From Botryllus schlosseri (lineage: Eukaryota): a stretch of DNA of 64,000 bases. The stretch's first letter is position 1, and the number at the start of each line of letters is the position of its first letter. A program made the translations under genes and the position numbers. Location: contig CM119372.1 of assembly GCA_051294905.1 (NCBI GenBank), positions 25,980,001 through 26,044,000 of the forward strand, written 5' to 3'. Shown piece after piece: positions 52,594 through 64,000 of this stretch. Below the pieces are notes generated by a model that was not told where the DNA came from, did no database searches, and saw only the letters and a program-made list of their open reading frames with translations.

Positions 52594-55500
52594 GGTAATA
52601 GTAGGCCTATATATAGGGCCGATATAACATGAACTGGGGTTGGTATAGGTCCGGATTTGCGATCTGTATTTGTGTTGAAATCTGCTAACGAGATTTATAC
52701 TGAAAAGTACTAGATTCTCACAATGTATAGGTTGAGACTCTTCCTATAATTTCAGAGCCCAGCCCGTAAAAACTGTGCGCCGTCTTTTGTAAACTCGTTT
52801 ATGGAATCCCAATGTGCGTTAGCACTGAACAGTTTGTAGCAATTAGACGCTGATGACCCTGCGTTCGTTGCGATGTAAATACTACGCGAATTGGTTTTGC
52901 GAAATGCCCCAAGTGAAGCGACGTATTTCACTCTAACGATGTGGGCTATATTCACCTGCGGATTCATTTATGGTCATGCTATGTCACAGAAAAAATTGGC
53001 TTTATACGTAAAATAAAAAAGGTTGCTAACATCCCATTAGCATCGCCGCCACATAATCCGAATAGGTGACTGTTTTGCTCCCTATTTCAAATCCTGTGTC
53101 GTGCCTGTCTGTGTATGTACATCAAATTACTTAAATCTGGAGTGCCTCGTATTCGCAGAAACCTGAGCGCGATGTTTCGAGATAATTCTCAATCCGGTTT
53201 CAATGGAATTCCTGTAATCCGATCGAACATGGCTGAACTTTCGAAATCGAAATCAATGATAAAAAAAACAGCAGTGCCATCGGCCTACCACTGGCCTAAT
53301 CAATGAGGTTACGTCCCAAATATACTTGTAATTTATTGGAGCACTCAATTAAGTTCTGTTTACGTACAGTAATTAATTGGTTGTATTTTCCACACCATTT
53401 TCACATCCAATTGTGAGGTTCACGATTTTTTTAAATGAGTTCTTTGATACTTAATATGGGTTACATTTTGGAGTTTTTTCCAATATGTTCGTCCCTATCT
53501 ATCTACATATATATATATGACTTGATCATAATATCTCGGTGTATAGTCAAAATTGGTGCGAGTAGTATAGTTCTCCCGCCGTGCTACCGCCGTGCTACCG
53601 TCGGCAGCACAGGTGACATCATGAACAATACTGGCCTGGTGCATGACCATGACTGTGACCAATGACCATATATCAATGTTTCCCAAACTTTCTTGGGTCT
53701 TGGGCACACGAAATTATGAAACACACGCGGCAAATTTATAAGAAATTTGCTTTTTGAAAAAAAAAACTGGTAATAAGATGGTTATGGTTATTTATACGAA
53801 AATATATATGACTGAAACGAGCTTGCATTGTTGACAAACATGCCCGCACTTTGTCATCAATTCCAAGCAGTCTCTCTCGTGTGTCGCTTTTAATTTAGGT
53901 TACAAAATAGACATGTTCAAATAGTCATGGTGCACATGGCAATCAAATTCTGATTGATTTTGCTCTGAGCATGGTATAGGATTTCGAAGGGGGTTACCAT
54001 AACTCATTTTGTGGGACCCGCAATTTACAAAAAAGAGTATTTCGTAAATCAATGAGCGCGAAAGATTGCTTGATTCACTTATTCCAAATTGACTAACTAT
54101 ACCCATCTAAGGTTGTGATCAATAAATCCAGGGAATTACTGCCATAGATGCTGAATAACATAAACTTTAAAACAACAACGTCAGCTACAACAACGGCTGT
54201 ACCTCCAACTTGGCAGTGATATGACATTGCAATCATTTGTGATTAGTTGCAGGTAAATCCGTGCTTAGTTGTTTTAGTCATTGCGACTACGTAGTTCTTT
54301 TGAAACATTAGTGGTAATGCATGTTTAAGGCGGTGTGAAATTGCGATCTGGACGCAAACAGCATGGGTAAAATCAACGGCGACAAATAACGAATCCACAA
54401 ACAACGGGAAGTTCTACGCGTTACCGGCGAATTGATTGTTCAATTATTATATGAGACCTATAACTTCAGGACAGGAGAGAAATAAAGTTACCGAGGAGTT
54501 GTTGTCTCCTAAATCCATAGTCTAATACAGAGAGGGAATATATCTCAGCTCTTTTTCACTCTCACTTAATGATCAATAACGGGCGAAAAGCGGAAATCAA
54601 TTATTGTAAATCGGAAATTCATCATGAAAGTTTGGTACGTGATGAATGTTTTCAATGATTGCCATTCCAGCACTTGAAAATTAGCTTTTCGTTTGATTAG
54701 GGAAACTTGTAGGTATCAGCTTTTTTCAATTCATCTAATGATTCTATTCCATGCCTGCGCAGCGGACATGAGATGTGAAAACTCCCTCGGGGTACTATGA
54801 CGATGCGTGAATTGATGATAGCTTCGATATCTGTAGTACCTGGTACTTGGAAATGTTACAGCTTATGGAGCATTCTTGATGTCTATTTTTTCAAAGGAGA
54901 TAATCGAACGCAAAATTGACACAAACTACTAATTGCCAATTTGTTACCTACAGTCTTTTTGTGAAAGTTCTTAACTCTAGTATTTCGACGTGTATATTAT
55001 GCGTGCATACCTGTATCGCTATTGTCATGTGGGATATTGTATTATCTTTAATTACATTGGTGAAAAGCGAGGTCGTCACGCATCACTGAACCAACTATGT
55101 ATAACCTCAACATCACGCAACTGATTTGGTACAGGACCGTAGGCTAAACTAGACTACACCGTAGGAAAAACTTGTGCGTCACTATGATAATAACAAGGTC
55201 TTTCATAATATATTTGCGGGAAGAAAATGATCCATATAAAGTTATATTGACTCGGAAAGATTGCTGGTTAAATACTCAAGAGCAGTGCTTTTCAACCTGA
55301 GTGACGGTTCGCACTTGTGCGAATGAAAAAAGAATGCAGTGGGAATGACGAAGGCGATGAGAATGGTGCGAATGAAAGACCGGGTGATTTCGAATGAAAA
55401 TCGTAAATAATTGTTGATTTTTTTGATGTGGAATAATTCAAATAAACCTAATAGGAATTTCAAGGGCAGTGTAACTGTTGTAGTTGAGACGCAATTGTAA

Positions 55501-56608
55501 AATCTTGTTTAACTTACGACGCACCACTAATCGTAGCTCCCACGAGCCGTAGTGAATTGATATTTTCGCACTGTAATTATACGTAACCAAAAGCCTGGTT
55601 TGAAAGCTGATGTAGTGGCAGACATACAATATATCCCCCGTCTGAGCCTGCGACAGGCTGAAAAACTGACGTCAAATTGACTTTCTGCTTCTTTCGCTAA
55701 ACAATCATCATATTTTCGTAATAACTGATCGATTAGCGCGAGGCATGATGATAGTAGTAAATACCATCATTACAGAGTCACATTTACAAGTTACAGTAAT
55801 GCAAATTTTTACCCCTTCAAGGTTTATTAAAGCATAGACCGCAAAGAGTTTAATTTTGGGTCGACACGGTGCCAGAGCTTTCTGTTAATATGTATGTAAT
55901 ATTAGTTGAATTTATTGCAAAAAATCTTGCGATAGTTTTTACATATCCAAGTTCACTGTGTTGGGTACTGTAGCCAATAAGCGAGACACGCAGAAAATAT
56001 GGCTTTATCATGAGAGTCCATAATAAGATTTGTCCGACTTTTTTTTTTTTGGAAAACATGGTCGAAGACTCTTGGGATGAACTAATGTAAGGTATAATCC
56101 ACAGCTGCAACACCAATGGGTTGCGGATTCGAGTCCGACCGAGGACTTCTTCCCTTCTTCCCATTTACCGTTTTCTAGAATGGCCCACCATCGTTCTAGG
56201 CTTGCAAGACCCCGCTTACGCGGATCATATAGAGGGGAGGAGCCTATATAAACCTCCTACACTTAGGTAGAAATTCTGAAGTTGAACACGGTCTTGAACT
56301 CCCAACCCATTGCTGCCACAGGTGTGAAATGTGCCACTACACCTTCTCGCTACATAAAAATATTGTGTGTTACTAGAATAGGGCCTTCAATATTCGTTAC
56401 ATTATTTATTAGGCTTGGTAACGGAACATACCATTGAAAGTTAAGGATATTGATTTGGAGGCAACAATTTGGAGTCATTTGATTTAGTCCGGCCCGCAAG
56501 TGATCAAAAGTGAGTTTGGCACCCGTGCTCTCCACTGTAATGATTGTTTTAAACCAGTGGTTCATAACTTTGCCTCCAGCGCCCACCAAGGGGCGCTGGC
56601 GATTCTGA

Positions 56609-56718
56609 AGGGGGCGGAAACGCTCAGAGAGCGGGAACGCTCAGGGAGCGGAAACGCTCAGGGGGCGGAAACGCTCAGGGGGCGGAAACGCTCAGGGGGC
56701 GGAAACGCTCAGGGGGCG
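56609..56718. repeat. GC-rich 18-bp minisatellite (GGGGGCGGAAACGCTCAG) x ~6
   Basis: Directly visible tandem units. Confidence 0.9.
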
Positions 56719-57237
56719 ATATGGGGGGGCGCTGGGCTCGGGGGAGCGATATGAGGAGCGCTGAAGAAAAATGGCTTCGCAGTAGATGATGTAGTAGTAG
56801 GACATATCCTTAATGAGTTTTCAGAGGAAATAAACATTCCACACAACATGTCAAATCTCGAAATTTTTGGTCGCGCTACGCGGCGACGTTTGCTACATAT
56901 GTTTTCATAAATGCAGTGGGGTATTATAATTTATTTAAAATGGATTGCGCGTACTTTTATTTCGTCAATCTCTCGTTAACACACTACCGTCACGCTTGCT
57001 AGGGCTATTTTCAACAAAATGTTTTGAACTAGGTATTTTATCCTGCAGCGCACAGCGCGTGGATATCGAAGGAGGCACTGTATATCCCTTTTGAGAGTGA
57101 GAGCCCCTTGTACACAACTTTGAAGCTTTGAATCCTTGTGCATGAAAGGAATAACTAAATGTACTTGTATTTGAGAGCTACAAAATTAAATCGTCAGAGT
57201 ATTTATTCATCGTATCATAAAGGATGATACTATCTAG

Positions 57238-58181
57238 CAGTGTTGGGATGACTCGAGTCATGACTTGACTCGTGTCAGACTCGAGTCACCTTTTTCGTAT
57301 GACTTGACTTGACTCGAGTCACTTTGCTAAAATGACTTGACTTGACTTGACTCGGCGTATCAGAAATATGGATTGACTCGTGACTCGAAGCAAAATTTAC
57401 GAGTCAATTTCAAGTCATCAAGCAATCGATGTCGATAAAAATCACTGTATCTTGCTATCGGATTGTTCGCGAAACGCTGGTGTAACCCGTGAGAGCGACC
57501 AATCATTCATTGATCGTGCGTTTTACTGAGCCTCCATTGTTCTCTCACAAATAAATTGACCGCTAACGAAGTGATCGAAGCTCACGCTGTCGTAAACTAG
57601 CATAGTAAAGTAATTTAATAACAAAATGTCTATTACTGTTCTCTGTTATTACCTAAACCAAGCCTCTTGTTTTATTGAAATGGAACTAGTTTATATAGTC
57701 CTCAACCATTGGCGCAGGCTTGAATTGTGTCTTATCAATTTGTAAATGGGTAATGTATTGCAGCTTATCAATTCGTTTCTCTATTCTCTATTTTGGCTGG
57801 TAACTATAAACTGAGGCTATGCAATTACTTATATGTGAGCGATACAGCGTGCCTTCTTGCGTGTATATTTGACTCTATATTCGTTCATCGGTTCAGAATC
57901 AATGACCAATGACCACTCAATCTATATTTCAGACAGCTAGCAAAATGTAATGACGTAAGCATGCCTCATACTTCGAAAAGGCAACTTGACTTGAAATGTG
58001 ACTTGACTCGTGACTTGACTTGACTTGACTCGACTTGACTCGAGTCACCTCCAAAAATCTAGGGACTTTACTTGACTCGAGTCACCTTCGAAAATCGATT
58101 GACTTGACTTGACTCAAGTCAAAATGTGCAATGACTCGAAATGACTCGTGACTCGAAGGTAGTGACTTGATCCCAACATTG
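57238..58181. mobile_element. hAT MITE (CAGTGTTGGG TIR, GACTT/GACTCG subterminal arrays)
   Basis: Perfect TSD CTATCTAG; sister copy at 60995-61930. Confidence 0.92.
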
Positions 58182-60039
58182 CTATCTAGTGTCCTGGTCC
58201 ACAACCTCACATGAACGTTATATAATATGAGTTGCTTTGTTTGGAATACATTCGTGTTTGAATTAATAACTGGGTACAGTACTAGATTCAATGTGAGCAG
58301 ATATATGCATCCCATTCTCAGTTGACTTACTTAGTCACACAAAGCACTAAAACCAGCCCCAATACTATCAATTTCCCCGTATTGCCAATCGCAGATGTGA
58401 ATTCGGGATGTTTAAATCTGGTTCGAACCACAGGGTATGAGACCGTACCCAATTGTTGTTATACCAATCTTGATTTGACCCTGAATATACTAAATACAAT
58501 TATTATATGGTTTATTATAGTCGAGTGGTCCTCGAGCGCTATTAAATCGCGAGATATTTCCAATACTAAAGTCCCGAAAAGACCGAGTAAACTTTGACCT
58601 CTTACCAGGACCGAAACTGCTGCGACGCTAACCCCCTATCGCGAGGCGTGGTTGGTGAGCTCAAAGGGTGCCCTAAATTATTCCGGTGAATGAACATAAA
58701 TTACACATCAAGTTTTGACGACTCCCCCACGAAAAACTATACATTATTATAGAAAATAGAAAGATGCATTTCGTCGTCGACCATTACCACGCCACGATGC
58801 ACGGAGACATACGAAGTTCTGCCAAATATGGGACTCTGAGAAGTGTGCCAAAAAGATCGCCAACGTAAAAACCTTAGCCGAAGAGAATTGCCCTTTTGTT
58901 GACCGTAAACTTCGATGTATATAAGTCTAATTGTCCATAGGTGCCTAAATCGCTCGGGCCGAATTATCATGTAATCGCAATCTGTACCCCACAGGACAAA
59001 TAACATCCCTCGGAGAAAAATTATTTGACATTGAAGAAATACCAATTTTGAATCGTGTGATTATTTAAGTTTAATACGTTTATGAGTTTCATTATCTTTT
59101 GACGATATAGCGGACAAGAGGTAACAAAATAACAACATATAATGAAGTAATTGTACCAACAGGCATGCCCGAATATGTTTAATTAATAATTGCGTGGCCT
59201 TCATTTTCCAAGAAAACAGCTCACTCAGCCCTACTGGTAAATCTGATTACGTGGGCTGAGAGGATAAAAAGTTTATAACGACACATATATGCAATTACCA
59301 CCTATTCATGCATGTATTATAGAAAATTTTGGCGCCTACGGCGACCAGGCCACACAACCTTTGCTGACCATCGAAATCATGCTATAGGTGCCCAAGACAG
59401 CCGTTTTTTAAGGGGGACTGGCGAAGTGCCGTTACGTAGGGTTACCATATTTTGGAATCGGGAAATGAGGACACTTATTCAAAATTTTCACACTAACAAT
59501 ACTGGAGTAAAATACGGAAAAAATGGTAAACGTACCACAAAATTGCGGTTGGTTAACTAAAAAAGGGTCAGCTTTCAGGCTCAACTCCCGAAATACAGTT
59601 TTTTTTTATAGATTTTCCGTTGTTTGACTAAAAGAAAGTCGTCGCTTAAGTTCGAAACACGATTTCCTGTTTATCATCATGTATGCCCATTTTCACTCGA
59701 AACTATCCACCATCTTAGGTATGAAAGCTGTAAAGGAGGACGAATTGCCAAAAAGGAGGACATTTAGGCGTCCTCGAATGACATTTTCAAAAACCTGAAA
59801 AAGGAGGACGGTATGGGGGTGGGGGTGCTAGAGCCAGATAATTTTTGAATGGGGGGCTGGCGCAAAAAAGGTTAAGAACCACTGTTTTTAAATGCTGTAC
59901 GTTTTTTGAAAACAGAATGTCATACGGTAGTGTTAAAATTAATTGAATTAAAACTTCCTATCCCTCTCTGCACGACTGCTGCAAGAAACGAGCATGATCC
60001 GAAAACGGGATAATTCACAATGTTCTTCATTCTGAAAAT

Positions 60040-60280
60040 GATGTTTGTCGACTACAATGGTCATTTACACCAGGCTGATATTCCTTATTTCGTAACTGCC
60101 GACTTCTAGCAATGCTCACTTCTAGGCTTTTCGTAAGACACCGCTTACGCGGATGCGAGGAGGAGCCTAAATAAACCTCCAACACTTAGGTAGGAATTTC
60201 GGAGTCGACTTCGGTCGGACTTGAACCCACAACCCATTGGTGTTGTAGCTGTGGATTATACCGCTACGCTACCTCGCCAC
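60040..60280 (-). mobile_element. SINE family A, near full length, minus strand
   Basis: Reverse complement of the shared head (GGGTTCAAGTCC) and body. Confidence 0.78.
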
Positions 60281-60865
60281 TTCCATGACTTCACGATGAA
60301 TTGTACTTGAATTCTTGAGTCGACGCGAATCTCGATACTCTATTCCACTGGTTCTTAAACGCTACTGACTCACGGAACACCGCCGCTAATTTTCAAGCCT
60401 TCGCGGAACAACAAATTCTAGCGTGAGTCACAAAAACAATAATTTACCGCAATGCACATCCAACAACATATCTACTACATGACTATAGATTACTGGTACA
60501 CAAAATGTGCATCAACGGAGTGTTAAAAGAGCAGAACCAATAAAATCTAATTTTCACCCAAAACGAAAACATTAGAATAAACATTCATTGCAAATCAGTG
60601 AGACTTCTGATGTTCCCTTTCATATACCAGTTCAGAATAGCGAGGATTCACCTTGGAAAGTTTCATCGTATTGTTCGGTCGAAACGCAACAGCGTGATGC
60701 CAATCGCTCATTTTCAAATGATCTTATAAGTAGTGGGGATGGAATTGTCATTTCAGAATGACGGTATGACGAATTCAAACCCCGAACTCCTTGTGAACGC
60801 CACTGCACACGACGTACCGCGACCACAGTCACAGTTCGACTGCTGATTCGGCCAAATTAGTGATT

Positions 60866-62160
60866 AGGAAAGGAAAACGGAAGGAAAGGGAGTATTTTAT
60901 TTGTCCCTGACGTTTCGTGCGGGGAATACACTGGCTCATGTTATAGCCCTCCATACACACGATCTGTGCATATGCGTACCATGATCACATGATGCAGTGT
61001 TGGGATGACTCGAGTAAACTTTTTCGTATGACTTGACTTGACTCGAGTCACTTTGGAGAAATGACTTGACTTGACTAGACTAGACTCGGAGCTTCAAAAA
61101 TGTTCATGTGCATTGACTCGTGACTTGGAGTAAAATTTACGAGTCAATTTCAAGTCATCAAGTAAACGCTGTCGAATAAATCCCTGTATCTTGTGTATGT
61201 CCGTATTGTTTGAGATACGCCGATGTCACTTGTGAGAGCAACCAGTCATTCACTGATTCTACGTTACACTGATCCACCATTGTTACATCACAAATAAATT
61301 GACCGCAAACTAAACGATCACAGCTTACGTATCGAAGTAGTAGTAGAATATTAATCTAACTGGCAATGTGTCTCTGTTTCTTAGACGGCTCAATGCTTAC
61401 ACTGCGCAGTGCTCACTGTTACCAACCCTCTTGTATGATTTAAATTCAACAAATACAGTTTGCGCATTTATATTCTCACGGATGTGCAGACGGGTAGTGT
61501 AGGCTATTGTACTATATCAATCTGTTTCAGCTTCTCGAAGCTTCGCATTAGGTAGTATATTTTGTCTGATAATAACTGACTGTAGCATGTAGCTGTACAG
61601 TTACTCGCGTATTTTATTAGAAGTTCTACGTGTGCGTGAGGGATACAACGTCTTTTTGCACGTTTATTTAACTACATATTCGTTATTTGATTCAAGATAA
61701 ATGATCAATTACACAGCTAGCAAAATGTAATGACTTTGAATCATCACTCATACTTCAAAAATTCAATTTGACTTGAATTGTGACTTGACTCGAGTCACCT
61801 CCAAAAACGAGTGACTTTACTTGACTCGAGTAACCTTTGAAAATCGATTGACTTGACTTGACTCGAGTCAAAATCCGCAATGACTCGAAATGACTCGTGA
61901 CTCGTGACACTAGACTTGATCCCAACACTGGCATGATGTGCATCTGACGCTGAACAAGGAAGGCGCAGATATAGCCATGTGAGGCTTTCCAAGTCTTGCA
62001 CGACCCCTCCATGCTACCCCAGCAATGCGTGAGCGCCAAGCAAGAAAGTCACGGATATCATGGTTACTTATCAGGTCTTTATTCTGACCGGGCCGGGGAT
62101 CGAACTCATGACCTACCGAACAAGAGGCCGGACGCTTCACCATTACGCTATCTTGTCGGC
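60866..62160 (-). mobile_element. SINE family B split by a MITE insertion
   Basis: The halves rejoin to match 17826-18146; head GAGTTCGATCCCC. Confidence 0.75.
60995..61930. mobile_element. hAT MITE (CAGTGTTGGG TIR)
   Basis: TSD ACATGATG/GCATGATG; homologous to 57238-58181. Confidence 0.9.
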
Positions 62161-62959
62161 GCACCATGATGGCCAAAACCGGCGTGTAATCAAAAATCAA
62201 GAGTTGAGTGTGGCTTTTGATCTCCGCGGAACCCTTCCGTGGAACACATGTTAAGAATTACTTATCTATTGGTAACTTCACCAGTAAGAAACTATATGCT
62301 ATCCCAGCTCTAGTTATAGGACAATGATAGGATGTTCCGCTCTAGTCCCACCCGCATTAATACTATCATTCGAATGACACCTTGCGTCTTTAGACTAGAT
62401 TAGTAACTATTGCTACTCCGAAGGTACCTCATACGGACAACGCGCAAACAGGAAGGCACGGAATGATTCGTGTATGAATTGACTTTGTGAAGTCTCACGA
62501 CGTCATGTGTTCACGGCTTCATGTTCACACCATCCCTACTACTCGCATGTCATTGCATTCAATATCTCGACAGATTTCACTTACCTATTATGTCTTGCAA
62601 GCACGGGTTACTGTTCGGGAAAATAATTCTCTTTCTGTTGTCGTGTAAGAATGTGCTCGCCATCCCTCTGAGACTGCTTGTTTTGATCCACAGGAGGAAA
62701 TTAGTTCGGTGCGTCACAACATATTGGTGAAGAATCACTCGGTATCGATGTGCTGCATTCACTCAATTTATGATATAGATAATGATAATATTGTGTTCTA
62801 TCGCACAAATGCAAACATGAAAGTACGTGAATGAGTTCTGGAAAGTAAAATTGTTGTGGTGGATCACATTAAGAAAGTTCGACTGTTTTAACCGGGTCTA
62901 CGCGCATTTTCGAGGGTATACGAGGTATTACGATTGCAAACAAGACACGAGGTTTAGAG

Positions 62960-63454
62960 CAGGGCTCGATAACTCAAAAAGGGTGGTGGGCCGCCTGAAC
63001 TCAATATTGAGTTAAAGTATGCCACACAGGTCAACAATCACGTTTTTGAAACTTTACGTCAGCACTACGCCGTGCTCTTTTGTATGGGTGACGGGCATAG
63101 TTACCTCAAACTGCCTCATCGTATAGCCTGAGCTTGTAGCGAAGCCCCAGGTCCTTTTCTAACGTCTCAGTCCTGTCAGTGTCTGGGACATTGCACGTCA
63201 AGGTAATATTCCCATTCATATCAGCTAATTCTTACTCCGTGGAAAGCTATTACCATCGCCGAGGCCGTATAAGCTAATCAGGAATACTGATGTTGGACAC
63301 AGGAGAATAGCTTATTTTATTCAAGAACAGCAATATTCCTAAACTGAAATCAATTTCAGCATTTCAAAACGATTTAAGCATTTTTATGAAATCTCAAATC
63401 AGGTCGCGGCCGCAAAATATGACCTGGTCGCGGGCCGCGTGTTGGTAACCACTG
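62960..63454. mobile_element. hAT MITE with GGGCCGC subterminal motifs
   Basis: Perfect TSD GTTTAGAG; CAGGG...CCACTG termini. Confidence 0.85.
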
Positions 63455-64000
63455 GTTTAGAGTCACAAGTCATACTACGATAGGTCTAACACAAGTCATC
63501 AGAGACATCGGAGATCAGGGGTTTTCAAAGTGGGCAAGATCGCCACCTTGTGGCGTTAGCGACCTGTGTAAGGGGTGCAAGCTACAAACGCGGTGGTAGC
63601 GGGGGAAAATCTGTTTGGAAAATCCGTACATTATTAGCTCTGTTTCAGCATAAGGAACAGATATATGAGTATGGGGTAACTTCGTTTGCGTTCACATCGG
63701 GCAAAGCGCAGTTACTGGGAAATCGTTACCAATTCTCTCCCAATATATATCCATGATTATGCAGAAATTAGTTTTCTAACTAACCAACCTATTAACGAAC
63801 AGAATTACTGGTCACGAGGATGCAGTTTTAAATATTTAATTCGCCACAACAAAGTATGATCGCTATGGAGGGGAAATTGATTTCTACGGTTTTATTTCTT
63901 AATTGTGTCCGTCATGAAATTTTTACAGGCGTGTGCCATAGCGTGTATGGTGCTGTATATGAAATGGATCAGCCTAAAATACCATACATGCCACCTTAGT

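Larger units (their letters stand above)
56555..59884. mobile_element. Composite hAT-type element with a nested MITE, a minisatellite and a TAGGGTTACC-type fragment
   Basis: CAGTGGTTCATAAC...GTTAAGAACCACTG, flanked by similar TTTTAAA sequence. Confidence 0.6.
60346..62263. mobile_element. Old hAT MITE hosting SINE-B, which hosts another MITE
   Basis: CACTGGTTCTTAA...TTAAGAATTACTT eroded TIRs, CGGAAC subterminal motifs, TSD-like CTCTATTC/ATCTATTG. Confidence 0.6.

Noticed and set aside
57238..61930. Arrays of GACTT/GACTCGAGTC (and TACTT at 51319-52593) that superficially resemble CRISPR or iteron arrays
   Set aside because: No constant repeat with unique spacers; they are subterminal motifs of TIR/TSD-bounded MITEs in eukaryotic DNA.

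Overview
AT-rich animal (eukaryotic) genomic DNA; the ~60-nt minimal introns and the repeat content suggest an invertebrate deuterostome, possibly a tunicate (inference only). The window is dominated by one minus-strand, multi-exon gene for a myelin regulatory factor (MYRF/MYRFL-family) membrane-bound transcription factor. I reconstructed 26 GT-AG coding exons from 33449 down to 7036 (4032 nt, 1344 codons, all splice phases consistent). They encode a low-complexity N-terminus with an NLS and IKQE SUMO motif, the NDT80/PhoG DNA-binding domain, the phage-tailspike-like intramolecular chaperone autocleavage domain (P|SDLRAK), a coiled coil, a TM helix and a lumenal MRF_C2-like domain. The terminal exon is unresolved. 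The introns and the ~30 kb upstream hold many non-autonomous hAT elements/MITEs with 8-bp TSDs (often nested), two tRNA-derived SINE families, a 2-kb foldback element and a mirror-symmetric compound microsatellite. No prokaryotic system, CRISPR array, rRNA or intact transposase is evident. I found no clearly novel biological system; the most notable observations concern MYRF isoform/splicing potential and transposon architecture.
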